Source of the DNA: Planctomycetia bacterium
Lineage (GTDB): Bacteria > Planctomycetota > Planctomycetia > Pirellulales > JACPPG01
Length of the DNA: 64,000 bases
Direction: 5' to 3'
Assembly (NCBI GenBank): GCA_016191115.1
Contig: JACPPG010000005.1
Span: 23,119 to 87,118 of the forward strand
Made by a program: the position numbers and the translations under genes. The stretch's first letter is position 1. The number at the start of each line of letters is the position of its first letter. This document shows positions 47,689 through 57,909 of this stretch, one piece after another. The notes below the pieces were generated by a model, which was not told the DNA's origin, searched no databases, and worked only from the letters and a program-made list of their open reading frames with translations.

Positions 47689-48651
47689 ATGACGACAACC
47701 TCATTGCCGCGGCGCCGCAAAAGGGCCAAGAGCCATCCCGCGCGATTGCCTAAGGCTCGCGGTCGGCACCCGATCCTGTGGGCCTACACGCTCCCGATTG
47801 TGATCATCCACGCGCTGGCGCTATTGGCATGCATTCCGTGGCTGTTCAGTTGGACGGGCCTGGCGGTGATGCTGGTCGGAGTGCACATGTTCGGCAACCT
47901 CGGGATCAACCTGGGCTACCATCGGTTGTTGACGCATCGCAGCTTTCAAACGCCCAAGTGGTTGGAACATTGCTTTTCGGTCGTCGCGCTGTGCTGCATG
48001 CAGGATACTCCGGCCCGCTGGGTCGCCACGCATCGTCTGCACCACAGTCATGCCGACGGCCCCGACGACCCGCACTCTCCGCTGGATGATTTCGTGTGGG
48101 GGCACATCGGGTGGCTCTTCCGCCGTAGTCCGGCATTGCACGATATCGCCTTGTACCAGACGTACGCCCGCGACTTGCTGGCCGATCCGTTCTATATGCG
48201 GCTGGAAAAGCGGCCTGCCCTGGCCGGGTTCATCTACCTGGCGCACGCGGCGCTGTTCTTCCTCGTGGGGTTGGTGGGTGGCCGACTGTGGTGGGGCGAT
48301 TGGGCCGCGGGGCTGCAGTTCGGCGCCAGCCTATTGGTCTGGGGAGTGATCGTCCGCACGGTGGTCGTGTGGCACATCACCTGGAGCGTGAATTCGGTCA
48401 CGCATATGTTCGGCTACCGCAGCTACGACACCCCCGAGAACAGCCGCAACAACTGGCTCGTGGCCGTGCTGAGCGCCGGCGAGGGCTGGCACAACAACCA
48501 CCATTGGGACCCGTCCAGTGCCCGCGTCCAGCACCGCTGGTGGGAGCTGGACACGACGTTCTACACAATCTGGCTGCTCGAAAAGGTCGGGCTGGCCTGG
48601 GCGGTCATCGCGCCCCGGCATAGTCGTCGCACGGCGCGCGATCGCGAATAG
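47689..48651 (+). CDS. Membrane fatty-acid (acyl-CoA/acyl-lipid delta-9 type) desaturase
   Basis: Three histidine boxes (HRLLTH, HRLHHSH, HNNHH) and four TM helices. Start at ATG 47689. Confidence 0.9.
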   Translation: MTTTSLPRRRKRAKSHPARLPKARGRHPILWAYTLPIVIIHALALLACIPWLFSWTGLAVMLVGVHMFGNLGINLGYHRLLTHRSFQTPKWLEHCFSVVALCCMQDTPARWVATHRLHHSHADGPDDPHSPLDDFVWGHIGWLFRRSPALHDIALYQTYARDLLADPFYMRLEKRPALAGFIYLAHAALFFLVGLVGGRLWWGDWAAGLQFGASLLVWGVIVRTVVVWHITWSVNSVTHMFGYRSYDTPENSRNNWLVAVLSAGEGWHNNHHWDPSSARVQHRWWELDTTFYTIWLLEKVGLAWAVIAPRHSRRTARDRE

Positions 48652-48690
48652 ACTGCCTGCGCCCGTTTTCGCACGCTCCTCATCCGGCAC

Positions 48691-49614
48691 TCAGCGCCGC
48701 GTCGCCGCCCGCCGCCAGCGGCGCATCATCACCAGCGCACACGCGCCCACAAACGCCAGGCCGATCCCGGCCGGCTCGGGCACCGCGTTGACGATCACGT
48801 CGTCCAGGATCGGCTGCGTGCCGAAGGCCGACATGCCGTACGCGCTCAAGTCCATCCCTCCCCAACTGACGAATGCGACGTCCACCGGTTGCGAGGCGTT
48901 GAGCGGCGTGAACGAGAATTCAAAAAGGTGCGAAAGGCCGTACTGAATCGCGTTGGGCACCGCCAGCCATTGGATGGGATCGCCTGGCAGCACGTTGGTC
49001 ACCCGCAGCCCGATGATGCCGGCCCCCGTGAAACCCTGGTTGGTCGAGTTCTCTTCGCCCGAGATCCAGAAGCTCAAGCTGTACGAAGGCGCCGGCGTCA
49101 GTTCGGTGTGGACTAACTGGTGCAAAATGACCGGGGCACCGGCCACCGACGTGAAGGTCGGCGGTGCCGGGAACGTGACGGTCGCGTTGGCGTTGAACGT
49201 CGGCTGCTGGCTGACGGTGGTGCCGGCGCTCGTGTGAAAATCGACGGCGGCCCGCCCATCCGGCAGCACGTCGCTCAGCCGCAGGTGATACGGCGTCGGC
49301 AGGCCGTCGTTCCCCCATCGCGCCGTGCTATTGGCGCCGCTGCTCAACCAGCCCGGCGGAACGGCGTAGGGCGAGTTGAGGGGGTTGGCCCAAAAGTTGG
49401 CGTTGGCAAGTCCGTCGGGCGGGGCCGCAATCTCGAAGCTGCCGTTGACGACGATGTTGCCGGCATGGGTCGTGCCCAAGCCGCTGGCAATCGTCAGCGC
49501 GGCCTGCGCCGGGGACGCGAGACACAAGAGGAGGGCGCAGCCGAGACAGGGCGAGAGCGTGGACAGGACGATTCTCAGGGCATCGGGGCGGGTTTTGCGT
49601 GCGTGGCGAATCAT
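48691..49614 (-). CDS. PEP-CTERM sorting-domain protein
   Basis: C-terminal VPEPAGIGLAFVGACALVMMRRWRR. The signal peptide starts at ATG 49614 (MIRHARK...CLASPAQA). Confidence 0.85.
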   Translation of the reverse strand: MIRHARKTRPDALRIVLSTLSPCLGCALLLCLASPAQAALTIASGLGTTHAGNIVVNGSFEIAAPPDGLANANFWANPLNSPYAVPPGWLSSGANSTARWGNDGLPTPYHLRLSDVLPDGRAAVDFHTSAGTTVSQQPTFNANATVTFPAPPTFTSVAGAPVILHQLVHTELTPAPSYSLSFWISGEENSTNQGFTGAGIIGLRVTNVLPGDPIQWLAVPNAIQYGLSHLFEFSFTPLNASQPVDVAFVSWGGMDLSAYGMSAFGTQPILDDVIVNAVPEPAGIGLAFVGACALVMMRRWRRAATRR

Positions 49615-49724
49615 TGGCGTTCTCCGACAAATCGAGGAAAGGCTTCGAGGAAACAGACCCGCGGCCAGCTTAACCTGCGGCGGGGCGCGGGCAAGCGCGA
49701 CTTTGGGATTTTCGCGTGTCGGCA

Positions 49725-49849
49725 CAGGAGAACTGCAAAGTCCGGGGTCTGGCTCATTTTGTCGGCACCTGCGGTTCTCGATTCTTCCGACGGACTTTCG
49801 GCCGACAAATGTGCCTGACCCCCTCTCCCAGGACTTTGCAGTTCTCCCG
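49725..49849 (+). mobile_element. Second MITE-like family (about 125 bp, 19-bp TIR), copy 1
   Basis: CAGGAGAACTGCAAAGTCC ... GGACTTTGCAGTTCTCCCG gives TIRs matching at 18 of 19 positions. The interior is largely self-complementary (CATTTTGTCGGC / GCCGACAAATG). Confidence 0.8.
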
Positions 49850-49895
49850 CTTGTCGCCACGCATTTCTTGCCTCTGCCCGCTCGAAACGTGTACC

Positions 49896-51317
49896 GTGGG
49901 TGCGGCGTCATGTTCAAGGGAACGACCTCGCGTGGCACTCTCGCTCAAATCCGTCTGCCGGCGACTGTTCACGACCACGTACGCGCCGGACCCCACGCTC
50001 CGCACGTTCCTCGACCGCGCCCAGACGCAGCGGGGCGAGCTGGCCGAGGTGACGGTGGCCGTTCTCGACGCGCGCGAGAGCGAGCAATTCTTTGGCGTCC
50101 ACGTGGCCCGGCGGGGGATTCAGCCGGTTTACCTGCGGATCGCGAATCGGTCGGCTCAAAGCCTGCGGCTGCAGCCGGTGAGCATCGACCCGAACTACTA
50201 CACGCCGCTGGAAGCCGCCGGGGTGAATCATTTCTCGATCGCCAAGCGCCTTTCGGCGTTCGGCGTCCTGGCCATTTGGTTCCTCGTGCCTTTGCTCGTC
50301 TTTGCGCCGCTGAAACTGATCACGGCCTATCGGGCGAATCGCCGGATGAGCGAGTTCTTCCGCGCGCACGCGTTCCATCTCCGCCCGATCCCGCCCGGCG
50401 AGTTGGCGGAAGGCTTCGTCTTCACGCCGCTCGATGCCGGCACCAAAGTCGTGCACGTGCGATTGCAAGCGACGGGCGAATCGCTCGACGAGATGATTCG
50501 CACGGCCCAGGCCGCCGCGGCGAAACGCGACCCGGCTGCACGCTCGCCAGAATCGACCGCCGCGGCTCCGGCGAGTGCCGAGTTTGTCTTCTCGATCCCC
50601 GTCCCCGGCATCGCCGCCGACTATCTTCGCCGCGACTTTGAGACGCTCATCCCGCCCGGCGCGCTGGTGTCTTGCAACGTCCGCACGTTGGTCGAGCGGG
50701 TGTGTGCCATGCCCGCCGCCACTACCAACGCCAAGGACGCGCGTCCGGGCGATCCGGCCAATCTGGTCGTGATCGGCGATTTTGACAGGCTGATGAGCGG
50801 GTTCGCCGCGCGGTGGGATGAAAGCGAGACGATCTCGCTGGCGACGTGCTGGAAAACGGTGCGGGCGTTTCTCCTCGGCTCGGACTACCGTTATTCGCCG
50901 GTCAGCCCGTTGCACCTGTTCGGCCGCAGCCAGGACGTCGCCTTGCAGCGGACGCGGCGATCGATCAACGAGCGATTGCACCTGCGGCTGTGGCTGACGC
51001 CGCTCGTGTTCCGCGGGCAGCCGGTGTGGGTCGGCCAGGTCAGCCGCGACATCGGCGTGCGATTCACGACGCGGGCTTGGAACCTGACGACGCACCGCAT
51101 CGACCCCGATGTCGACGAAGCGAGAGACTACGTTCTGGAGGACCTGCTTCAGGCCGGCCGGATCGAGGCGGCCGGGTACGTCGACGGCGTCGGCCCCTGC
51201 GACCGCGCGTCGCCGCGGCACAACCTCACCGGCGACCCGTACTTCACCGACGGCAAGCGGGCCGTGATCCTGCTGTCGAGCATGCGGACGACGCCGCTTT
51301 TCGTGGCGTGGAGCTGA
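49896..51317 (+). CDS. LssY-like C-terminal domain protein
   Basis: The C-terminal region INERLHLRLW.....G.PVWVGQVSRDIG.........THRIDPDVDEAR matches my memory of the LssY_C family. The first 45 codons of the listed ORF are MITE sequence. In-frame GTGs at 49896 and 49932 are candidate starts. Confidence 0.65.
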   Translation: MGAASCSRERPRVALSLKSVCRRLFTTTYAPDPTLRTFLDRAQTQRGELAEVTVAVLDARESEQFFGVHVARRGIQPVYLRIANRSAQSLRLQPVSIDPNYYTPLEAAGVNHFSIAKRLSAFGVLAIWFLVPLLVFAPLKLITAYRANRRMSEFFRAHAFHLRPIPPGELAEGFVFTPLDAGTKVVHVRLQATGESLDEMIRTAQAAAAKRDPAARSPESTAAAPASAEFVFSIPVPGIAADYLRRDFETLIPPGALVSCNVRTLVERVCAMPAATTNAKDARPGDPANLVVIGDFDRLMSGFAARWDESETISLATCWKTVRAFLLGSDYRYSPVSPLHLFGRSQDVALQRTRRSINERLHLRLWLTPLVFRGQPVWVGQVSRDIGVRFTTRAWNLTTHRIDPDVDEARDYVLEDLLQAGRIEAAGYVDGVGPCDRASPRHNLTGDPYFTDGKRAVILLSSMRTTPLFVAWS

Positions 51318-51325
51318 TTGCGTAG

Positions 51326-52345
51326 CTACAGCACGTCGCGGCGCAGTTGGGGGAATACTTTCGAGACCTTGGCGAGCAAATAGTCGCCGTACGTGCCGCT
51401 GACCTCGTGGACGCTCGCGCGGTCCCAACGCTCGTGCCGATCGTCTTCGAGCGCGTGGCCGGCGAGCTCCTCGATGGGCCGTACCTCGGCCGCAAAGTTG
51501 GGATCGAAAAAGAACGGGAACGACAGCCGGTCGCGGCCGCTTTTGTTCAGCACGCGATGCGGCGTCGAGCGGTACAGGCCGCGCGTCAGTCGATCGAGCA
51601 TGTCGCCGATATTGCAGATGAACGAGCCGGGGATCGGTGGCGCGTCGACCCACCGGCTGCGGCTTTTCACTTGCAATCCGCCCACCTCGTCCTGCCAGAG
51701 CATCGTCAATAGTCCGTAGTCGGTGTGCTCGCCGACGCCCCAGCGGGCATCATCGGCGGGCCGTGGCGGCGGCGCGGGATAGTTGAAAATGCGAAAGAGT
51801 ATCAGCGGATCGCCCGTGTAGCGGTCGGCGAAATAATTTTCGTCGAGGCCAAGGCTGAGCGAGATGCCGGCCATCAGCCGGTGGCCCAATTGCGTCATCG
51901 CGGCCAGGTATTCGAGCACCACTTCGCGGAACGACGGGATGTCGGGAAAGAGATTCGCGCCGCACAGCGGCGTGCCGGCAAGCACCGCCAAGTCATCCGC
52001 CGGCAGCTCGGCCCCGAAGTAGAGCCCCTCCTTTTGATCGGGCTTGCCCGAGGTCAGCTCGTCACCGACGGCGAAATAGCCGCGCCAGGCACGGCCGCCG
52101 CGGGCCATGGCGATGTTCATCTTTTCGGCCGCGCTCAAGGCGAAGAACTGCCGGCTGAGCTGTTCCAGGCACGGGCACAGCCCACGGTCGACCCCATGTC
52201 CGACAACGTAGAAGAAGCCAGACTCGCGGCACGCCGCGCCAATTTGCCGGGCCACGTCCTCGCGCGCGGGCGCCCCGGCCACGAGCGGCGCGACGTCGAT
52301 CACAGGAACTTGTGCAAACTCGGCGAGTGGTGAGGTCGACGTCAT
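51326..52345 (-). CDS. 2-oxoglutarate/Fe(II)-dependent oxygenase (isopenicillin N synthase-like family)
   Basis: N-terminal VPVIDV.....GFFYV.GHG. HxD in EHTDYGLLT. Distal STPHRV and RLSFPFF. Start at ATG 52345. Confidence 0.85.
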   Translation of the reverse strand: MTSTSPLAEFAQVPVIDVAPLVAGAPAREDVARQIGAACRESGFFYVVGHGVDRGLCPCLEQLSRQFFALSAAEKMNIAMARGGRAWRGYFAVGDELTSGKPDQKEGLYFGAELPADDLAVLAGTPLCGANLFPDIPSFREVVLEYLAAMTQLGHRLMAGISLSLGLDENYFADRYTGDPLILFRIFNYPAPPPRPADDARWGVGEHTDYGLLTMLWQDEVGGLQVKSRSRWVDAPPIPGSFICNIGDMLDRLTRGLYRSTPHRVLNKSGRDRLSFPFFFDPNFAAEVRPIEELAGHALEDDRHERWDRASVHEVSGTYGDYLLAKVSKVFPQLRRDVL

Positions 52346-52540
52346 CGAAGCTTGCTCAGTCGTAGCCGTAGGGTGCTCCGCGAGCACCATTTCATCGGCC
52401 TCGTGCAGGATACTCGACGGAAGATGGAACCGCCAAGAACGCCAAGGCCGCCAAGGTTTGCGGTAGGGTGCGGTACAATGCGCGCGGTTCCCGTCGCCCA
52501 GGCAAGCCCCCCACAACGCGCGCGAGCGCTGGAGTCCCTC

Positions 52541-53122
52541 ATGAGCAAAGGACGGCTGGAAGCGTTTAGCGACGCCGTGATCGCGATCATCATCACGATC
52601 ATGGTGCTGGAGCTCAAGGCGCCGGAAGACGCGGAATTGGTCGCGCTACGGCCCCTTGTGCCGGCCCTCTTGAGCTACGTGCTCAGCTTCGTGTTCGTCG
52701 GCATTTATTGGAACAACCATCACCACCTGCTGCAGGCGGTGCGGCACGTCGACGGCCGGGCCCTGTGGGCGAACATGCATTTGCTGTTCTGGATTTCCCT
52801 CATCCCGTTCGTCACCAGTTGGATGGGTTCATCCCGCTTTGCCGCCTGGCCCGTCGCCGCGTACGGTGTGATCCTGCTCATGGCGGCCGTGGCGTACCTG
52901 ATTCTGACGCGCGTGCTGGTGGCCCGGCACGGCAAGGATTCGCCGCTGGCCGTGGCCGTCGGGGCCGACGTGAAGGGCAAGCTGTCCTTGGTGCTCTATG
53001 CGGTCGCCGTGCCGGCGACGTTCGTCCATCGCGGGATCGCCTGCGCGATTTACGTCCTGGTGGCGGTGATGTGGCTCGTGCCTGACCGGCGCATCGAACG
53101 GACGCTTATCGAGGCGGGCTAA
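52541..53122 (+). CDS. TMEM175-family (DUF1211) potassium channel
   Basis: Signature [20 protein letters not shown] at the N-terminus and six TM helices. Start at ATG 52541. Confidence 0.85.
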   Translation: MSKGRLEAFSDAVIAIIITIMVLELKAPEDAELVALRPLVPALLSYVLSFVFVGIYWNNHHHLLQAVRHVDGRALWANMHLLFWISLIPFVTSWMGSSRFAAWPVAAYGVILLMAAVAYLILTRVLVARHGKDSPLAVAVGADVKGKLSLVLYAVAVPATFVHRGIACAIYVLVAVMWLVPDRRIERTLIEAG

Positions 53123-53187
53123 GGGCCTTGCCTCCGTCGATAGAATACGTGCGTACAGGAAAGCGTGTTTCCGCAGGGAGGAGAAGA

Positions 53188-54057
53188 ATGTCCACCAAGC
53201 AAATCAAGAGAATCGTCCGCGATGTGCCTGGCCATTGGGTCGGCGACGGCTTCCCGGTCCGCAGCCTGTTCACGTACGCGGAAGCGGACCTGTTCGACCC
53301 GTTCTTGCTCTTGGACTACGCCGCGCCGCACACGTTCGCCCCGTCGTCGGGCGAGCCGCGCGGCGTCGGTGAGCATCCTCACCGCGGCTTCGAGACGGTT
53401 ACGATCGTTTACCAAGGGGAGCTCGAGCATCGGGACTCGGCGGGCCACCACGGCGCGATCGGTCCCGGCGACGTGCAATGGATGACGGCCGCCTCGGGCG
53501 TGGTACACGAGGAGTTCCACAGCCAGCGGTTCGCCCGCGCTGGCGGCACGTTCGAGGTGGTGCAGCTTTGGGTGAACTTGCCGGCGCGCGACAAGATGTC
53601 GGCGCCCCGGTATCAGGAGATCCTGGATCGGCAGATTCCGGTTGTGAAGCTGCCGGACGGGGCCGGAAGTGTGCGCGTGATCGCCGGCGAGCTAGCAGGC
53701 ACGAAAGGCCCGGCGCTGACATTCACGCCGGTGCAGCTTTGGGACGTGCAGTTGAGCGCCGGCGGCGCGGCGACGCTGCCGCTCGTGGACAATCACACGA
53801 CGGCGCTGGTCGTGCAAAGAGGCGACTCCACTGTGAATGATACCGAGACGGTTGCCGACGCCAGCCTGGTCCTGTTCGACCGCGCAGGCGATCAGATATC
53901 GCTCAAGGCGAAAGGTGAAGGCCGAGTCCTGCTGCTTTCCGGTCAGCCGATCGGCGAACCGGTCGTGGGGCAGGGACCGTTCGTCATGAACACCCGCGAC
54001 GAGATCCAACAAGCCATCCGCGACTTCCAGGCCGGCCGCATGGGGCGGCTTGCGTAG
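53188..54057 (+). CDS. Pirin family protein
   Basis: HPHRGFETVTIVYQGELEHRDS metal-binding motif and a bicupin length. SD GGGAGGAG lies before ATG 53188. Confidence 0.9.
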   Translation: MSTKQIKRIVRDVPGHWVGDGFPVRSLFTYAEADLFDPFLLLDYAAPHTFAPSSGEPRGVGEHPHRGFETVTIVYQGELEHRDSAGHHGAIGPGDVQWMTAASGVVHEEFHSQRFARAGGTFEVVQLWVNLPARDKMSAPRYQEILDRQIPVVKLPDGAGSVRVIAGELAGTKGPALTFTPVQLWDVQLSAGGAATLPLVDNHTTALVVQRGDSTVNDTETVADASLVLFDRAGDQISLKAKGEGRVLLLSGQPIGEPVVGQGPFVMNTRDEIQQAIRDFQAGRMGRLA

Positions 54058-54349
54058 TTGCCCGCGCCCAGCCTGTAGGTCAGGCAGGCCCCTGCCTGAC
54101 AAGCGCCGCGCAAGCGGCTTGCCGCGCATCTGTCCGCTTCGTTCGGCCAGGGCGACGAATAGATCCTGACGATCCGCCGCGGCCCGCATGGCCGACACGG
54201 CGGCCTGCCGCGCCTCGCGCATTTCTCGGTGGGGTCGCCCGGGCGGTGCAAGAGCTCCAGCCATTGCACGCCCAAGGCTCCCGCACGCGCAGCGGGCAGT
54301 GTATTATAGGGCCTTAGTTCGCTCGAATTGCTTCCTGGCACGAGGCCGG

Positions 54350-54473
54350 CAGGAGAACGGCAAAGTCCTGGGAGAGGGGGTCAGGCACATTTTTCGGCCG
54401 AAGGTCCTTCGGGAGAATTGAAAACCGCGTGCGCCGAAAAATGGGCCGGACCCCGGACTTTGCAGTTCTCCTG
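54350..54473 (-). mobile_element. Second MITE-like family, copy 2 (inverted relative to copy 1)
   Basis: CAGGAGAACGGCAAAGTCC ... GGACTTTGCAGTTCTCCTG. It is flanked by CGAGGCCGG (54341-54349) and CGAGGCCGC (54474-54482), an 8-bp direct repeat CGAGGCCG. Confidence 0.85.
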
Positions 54474-54603
54474 CGAGGCCGCGGCACAAACCCGTGGCTT
54501 GCCGTTCGTCGGTTCCGGGCGAGTCGTCGAGGACGGCGTCCATCCTTGCGGCCCACCCGATTCGACTCGCCTCCGAAGGTCGACCGTCTACCGAATACCT
54601 CAC

Positions 54604-56025
54604 ATGCTCTTTCCCCTGCCGCTAGCGCCGTTCGAGTCCTACATGCTGGCGGACGATCGCGCCGCGTATCCGATGGTGTTCTATCTTCGCCTGAGCCTGT
54701 CGGGCGAATTGGATGGTGCCCGGTTCGAGGCCGCCATGCGATGCGCCGTGGACCGGCACCCATTGCTACGGTCGATTGTTCGCGAAGCGGCGGGCGAGCA
54801 ATGCTGGACGCTGGTCGAGAATCCGCTGGCCAACTTCGATTCTCGCGATAGCGACGAGCCGATCGATCGCGACAAAGGTCGCTTGGACCTGACGCGGCAA
54901 GCGGGTCTGCGCGTGTGGGTCCGCCGATCGCCGCCGCGGACCACGGCATTGATCGAGTTCCATCACTCGTGCTGCGACGGCGTCGCGGCCGTGCAGTTCG
55001 TCGAGGAAGTGCTGCTGGCTTACGCGAGCACGCAGCCAGGCGCGGCCGGTGACGCGACGCCGCGTTTCCGGCTGCTCGATCCCGAGCGGCTGCTAAGGCG
55101 CGCGCGGTTTGGACTGGGGCTCGCGCGGCGACTGCTGCGGTTGCCGCTTGCACCGGTGGGGGCCTACGGACTGGCCGAGTTCTTTTGGAATCGGCCGGCG
55201 GCGGTTGCCGCCGAAGCGCCCGACGACAGGGCCGGCGCCATTTCAATCCTCGCGCCGGCCTTTCACAGCCACACGGTGGGCTCGCGCCAACTGGCGAACC
55301 TGCGGTGGGTGGCGCGGCGACAGGGCAAGACCGTCAACGACCTGCTGTTGCGCGACCTGCTCATGGCGATCGAGGACTGGAATACCCGTCACGGCCGCGA
55401 CGCCGGCGCGTGTTTTCGGATTACGGTCCCGATCAGCCTTCGCCAGGCGGCCGACGAGTCGCTGCCGGCCACGAACGTCGTATCGATGTTTTTCATCGAT
55501 CGCCGGCCGGGACGGTTCGCTTCGCCGCGACGCCTGTTGGCCAGCGTTCGCCGCGACACATGGCTCGTCAAGCGCTTCCGGCTGGGACTGGTGTTCGCGT
55601 TCTTCGTGCCGTGGTTGAATCGCTTTCGCGGCGTGCGGACGGCGCTGATGTACAACGACCGATGCATGTCCACCGCCGTCCTGAGCAACCTGGGAACGCA
55701 ATTTGAGGCGACCGACTTGCCGCGCTGCCGCGGACGGATCACGGCGGGCGATGCCGTGGTCGAGGCGATTGACTTCCTGCCCCCCCTTCGCCCGCTGACG
55801 CGCGTCGCCCTGGGCGTCATCACGTATGCCGATCAATTGACCATGACCTTGCACTACGACGGGCGTTCCCTGTCGTCCGTGGCGGCCGCCGGCTTCCTGG
55901 CGTCGCTGGTCGCGGGCGTCGACGACACATCCGCCGGCCGCCGCGACGGCGTCCCCCTTCCTCCCCATGCCGAGCGGCCATTGACCGTCGACGACGGCGT
56001 GGAGCACGCAGGCGCCAGTGCATAG
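54604..56025 (+). CDS. Stand-alone condensation-domain (HHxxxDG) acyltransferase-like protein
   Basis: The ATG at 54604 gives MLFPLPLAPFESYML. Catalytic motif HHSCCDGVA. The length and layout match NRPS C-domain / PapA5 / WS-DGAT superfamily members. Confidence 0.7.
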   Translation: MLFPLPLAPFESYMLADDRAAYPMVFYLRLSLSGELDGARFEAAMRCAVDRHPLLRSIVREAAGEQCWTLVENPLANFDSRDSDEPIDRDKGRLDLTRQAGLRVWVRRSPPRTTALIEFHHSCCDGVAAVQFVEEVLLAYASTQPGAAGDATPRFRLLDPERLLRRARFGLGLARRLLRLPLAPVGAYGLAEFFWNRPAAVAAEAPDDRAGAISILAPAFHSHTVGSRQLANLRWVARRQGKTVNDLLLRDLLMAIEDWNTRHGRDAGACFRITVPISLRQAADESLPATNVVSMFFIDRRPGRFASPRRLLASVRRDTWLVKRFRLGLVFAFFVPWLNRFRGVRTALMYNDRCMSTAVLSNLGTQFEATDLPRCRGRITAGDAVVEAIDFLPPLRPLTRVALGVITYADQLTMTLHYDGRSLSSVAAAGFLASLVAGVDDTSAGRRDGVPLPPHAERPLTVDDGVEHAGASA

Positions 56026-56303
56026 CGAGGGCAGGCGGCGGGAGCGCCTCGGATGCTTGCCTCGTAGCCGCGGAACGTCTGGTAGCGTCGCCCGGCAGGG
56101 CCGGGACACTTACGGAATATCCCCCTTGCGCTTCTGGGCGAACGAGCACTTTCAGTATACGTCTGGGCCCTCATGCGCCGTGACTTGTCCGATAGCGCAA
56201 CTATGGACCGGCCAAGCGCGCTGCGTCAAACCGACTCGGTCTCTCATATGTTCCGTGGCTGACAGTTGCTGCGTCACGCTACGCAAGTGCTATATTTACC
56301 GGC

Positions 56304-57068
56304 ATGACGCGGCTGATTCTCATCACTGTCGCAACGCTTTTGGCGCTGTGGATACTGCTCAATTTGGGCATTGTCCCGGAGCCGCTCGCGAGGCTCTTCG
56401 AGCCGCTCGTGGGGCTTGCCTGTTCGCTCGCCATACCCGCCCTCATCATCACGTCGTATGCCGCGCCGGGGCTGTTGCGGGACGTGGCCGATGACGCGCG
56501 CCACCTGTGGCACCGCGTGCGGACGCGGCGGCACGACATCGATGAATTGGAAGTCAAGATCGCCCACCTGGATCGGCCGTACCACATGCACCAATTGGGA
56601 CTGATCTACGCGGCCCAGGGGCGCATCGCCAAAGCCCGGCCTTGGTTCGAGCGGGCCTTGGCCAAGGATCCGGACGCCGTGGAAACGAAGTACCACCTGG
56701 CGTGTTGCGATTTCGCGCAGAAGCAGTACGCGACCGCGGCCGACCTGCTCGAGCAAGTTCACGCCAAAAGACCGGACTACGACTACGGCATGGCCTACCT
56801 GCGATTGGCGCAATCACAGCAGCTTGCCGGCAATCTCGCGCGCGCGGGCGAGGTCTATCAGACCCTGCTGCGTTTCTATCCCGGACATCCCGAGGGGACG
56901 TACTACTACGCGCTGTTAAAGGCCGACGACCATGCGCCCGACGAAGCGCGGCAGTTGATGCGCGACGTCATCTTCACGGTCCGCCACAGCCCAGGATTTC
57001 ATCGCCGCCGCAACCGTCATTGGGCGCTCAAGGCGCAGTGGTGGCTGTGGCGGCACCGGCGCGTCTGA
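56304..57068 (+). CDS. Membrane-anchored TPR-repeat protein
   Basis: Two N-terminal TM helices are followed by TPR-like repeats (GLIYAAQGRIAKARPWFERALAKDP...). Confidence 0.7.
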   Translation: MTRLILITVATLLALWILLNLGIVPEPLARLFEPLVGLACSLAIPALIITSYAAPGLLRDVADDARHLWHRVRTRRHDIDELEVKIAHLDRPYHMHQLGLIYAAQGRIAKARPWFERALAKDPDAVETKYHLACCDFAQKQYATAADLLEQVHAKRPDYDYGMAYLRLAQSQQLAGNLARAGEVYQTLLRFYPGHPEGTYYYALLKADDHAPDEARQLMRDVIFTVRHSPGFHRRRNRHWALKAQWWLWRHRRV

Positions 57069-57091
57069 CGCGCCGGCGGAGGTATGAGCTG

Positions 57092-57907
57092 ATGCGAACA
57101 CAGGCAGAAAAGGCCGTCGCCTTCCGCGCCCTCCATGAGCGGGATCGCGCCTTCCTCATCCCGAACCCGTGGGACATCGGCACGGCGCGGGTGTTGGCGC
57201 ACCTGGGATTTGAGGCCCTGGCGACAACGAGCGCCGGGTTTGCGTTCTCCCTCGGACAGCGCGACAACACTATCGACCGGGCCCGGGTGCTGGCCCACGC
57301 GGCCACGATTGTGGCCGCCACCGACCTGCCGGTCAGCGCCGATCTGGAGCACGGCTTTGGCGACGATGCCGCGACCGTGGCCGAGACCGTCCGGTTGGCC
57401 GTGGACGTGGGGCTGGCCGGTGCCTCGATCGAGGACTCGACCGGCCGGCCAGACGATCCGATCTACGATCACGCGCTGGCGTCCGAGCGAATCCAGGCCG
57501 CCGCCGAGGCCGCCCATGCGCGACCATTCCCTTTCATGCTCACCGCGCGGGCGGAGAACTACCTCGTCGGCCGGCGCGACCTGGCGGACACGATTCGGCG
57601 GCTTCAATCGTACCGGGACGCCGGCGCCGACGTGTTGTACGCGCCAGGGCTGGCGAACAAGGACGACATCGCCGCCGTGGTCAGCTCGGTGGATCGGCCC
57701 GTGAACGTCTTGATGGGCCTGGCGGGCGTTCCGTTGAGTCTGGCCGTGCTTTCGGAAATCGGCGTGAAGCGCGTCAGCGTGGGTAGCGCACTGTGCCGCG
57801 CCGCGCTGGGCGCCTTTCTTCGCGCCGCCCGCGAGATGCAAGAGCGCGGAACATTTTCCTTCGCCGACCAGGCGCCGACGTTCAAGGAGATTCGCGCGAT
57901 GTTTTAA
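57092..57907 (+). CDS. Isocitrate lyase/PEP mutase superfamily enzyme (2-methylisocitrate lyase / oxaloacetate decarboxylase-like)
   Basis: F..LH......L.PNPWD.G.A.......GF.A..T.S.G.A and the later EDS..... motif. Start at ATG 57092. Confidence 0.8.
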   Translation: MRTQAEKAVAFRALHERDRAFLIPNPWDIGTARVLAHLGFEALATTSAGFAFSLGQRDNTIDRARVLAHAATIVAATDLPVSADLEHGFGDDAATVAETVRLAVDVGLAGASIEDSTGRPDDPIYDHALASERIQAAAEAAHARPFPFMLTARAENYLVGRRDLADTIRRLQSYRDAGADVLYAPGLANKDDIAAVVSSVDRPVNVLMGLAGVPLSLAVLSEIGVKRVSVGSALCRAALGAFLRAAREMQERGTFSFADQAPTFKEIRAMF

Positions 57908-57909
57908 TA

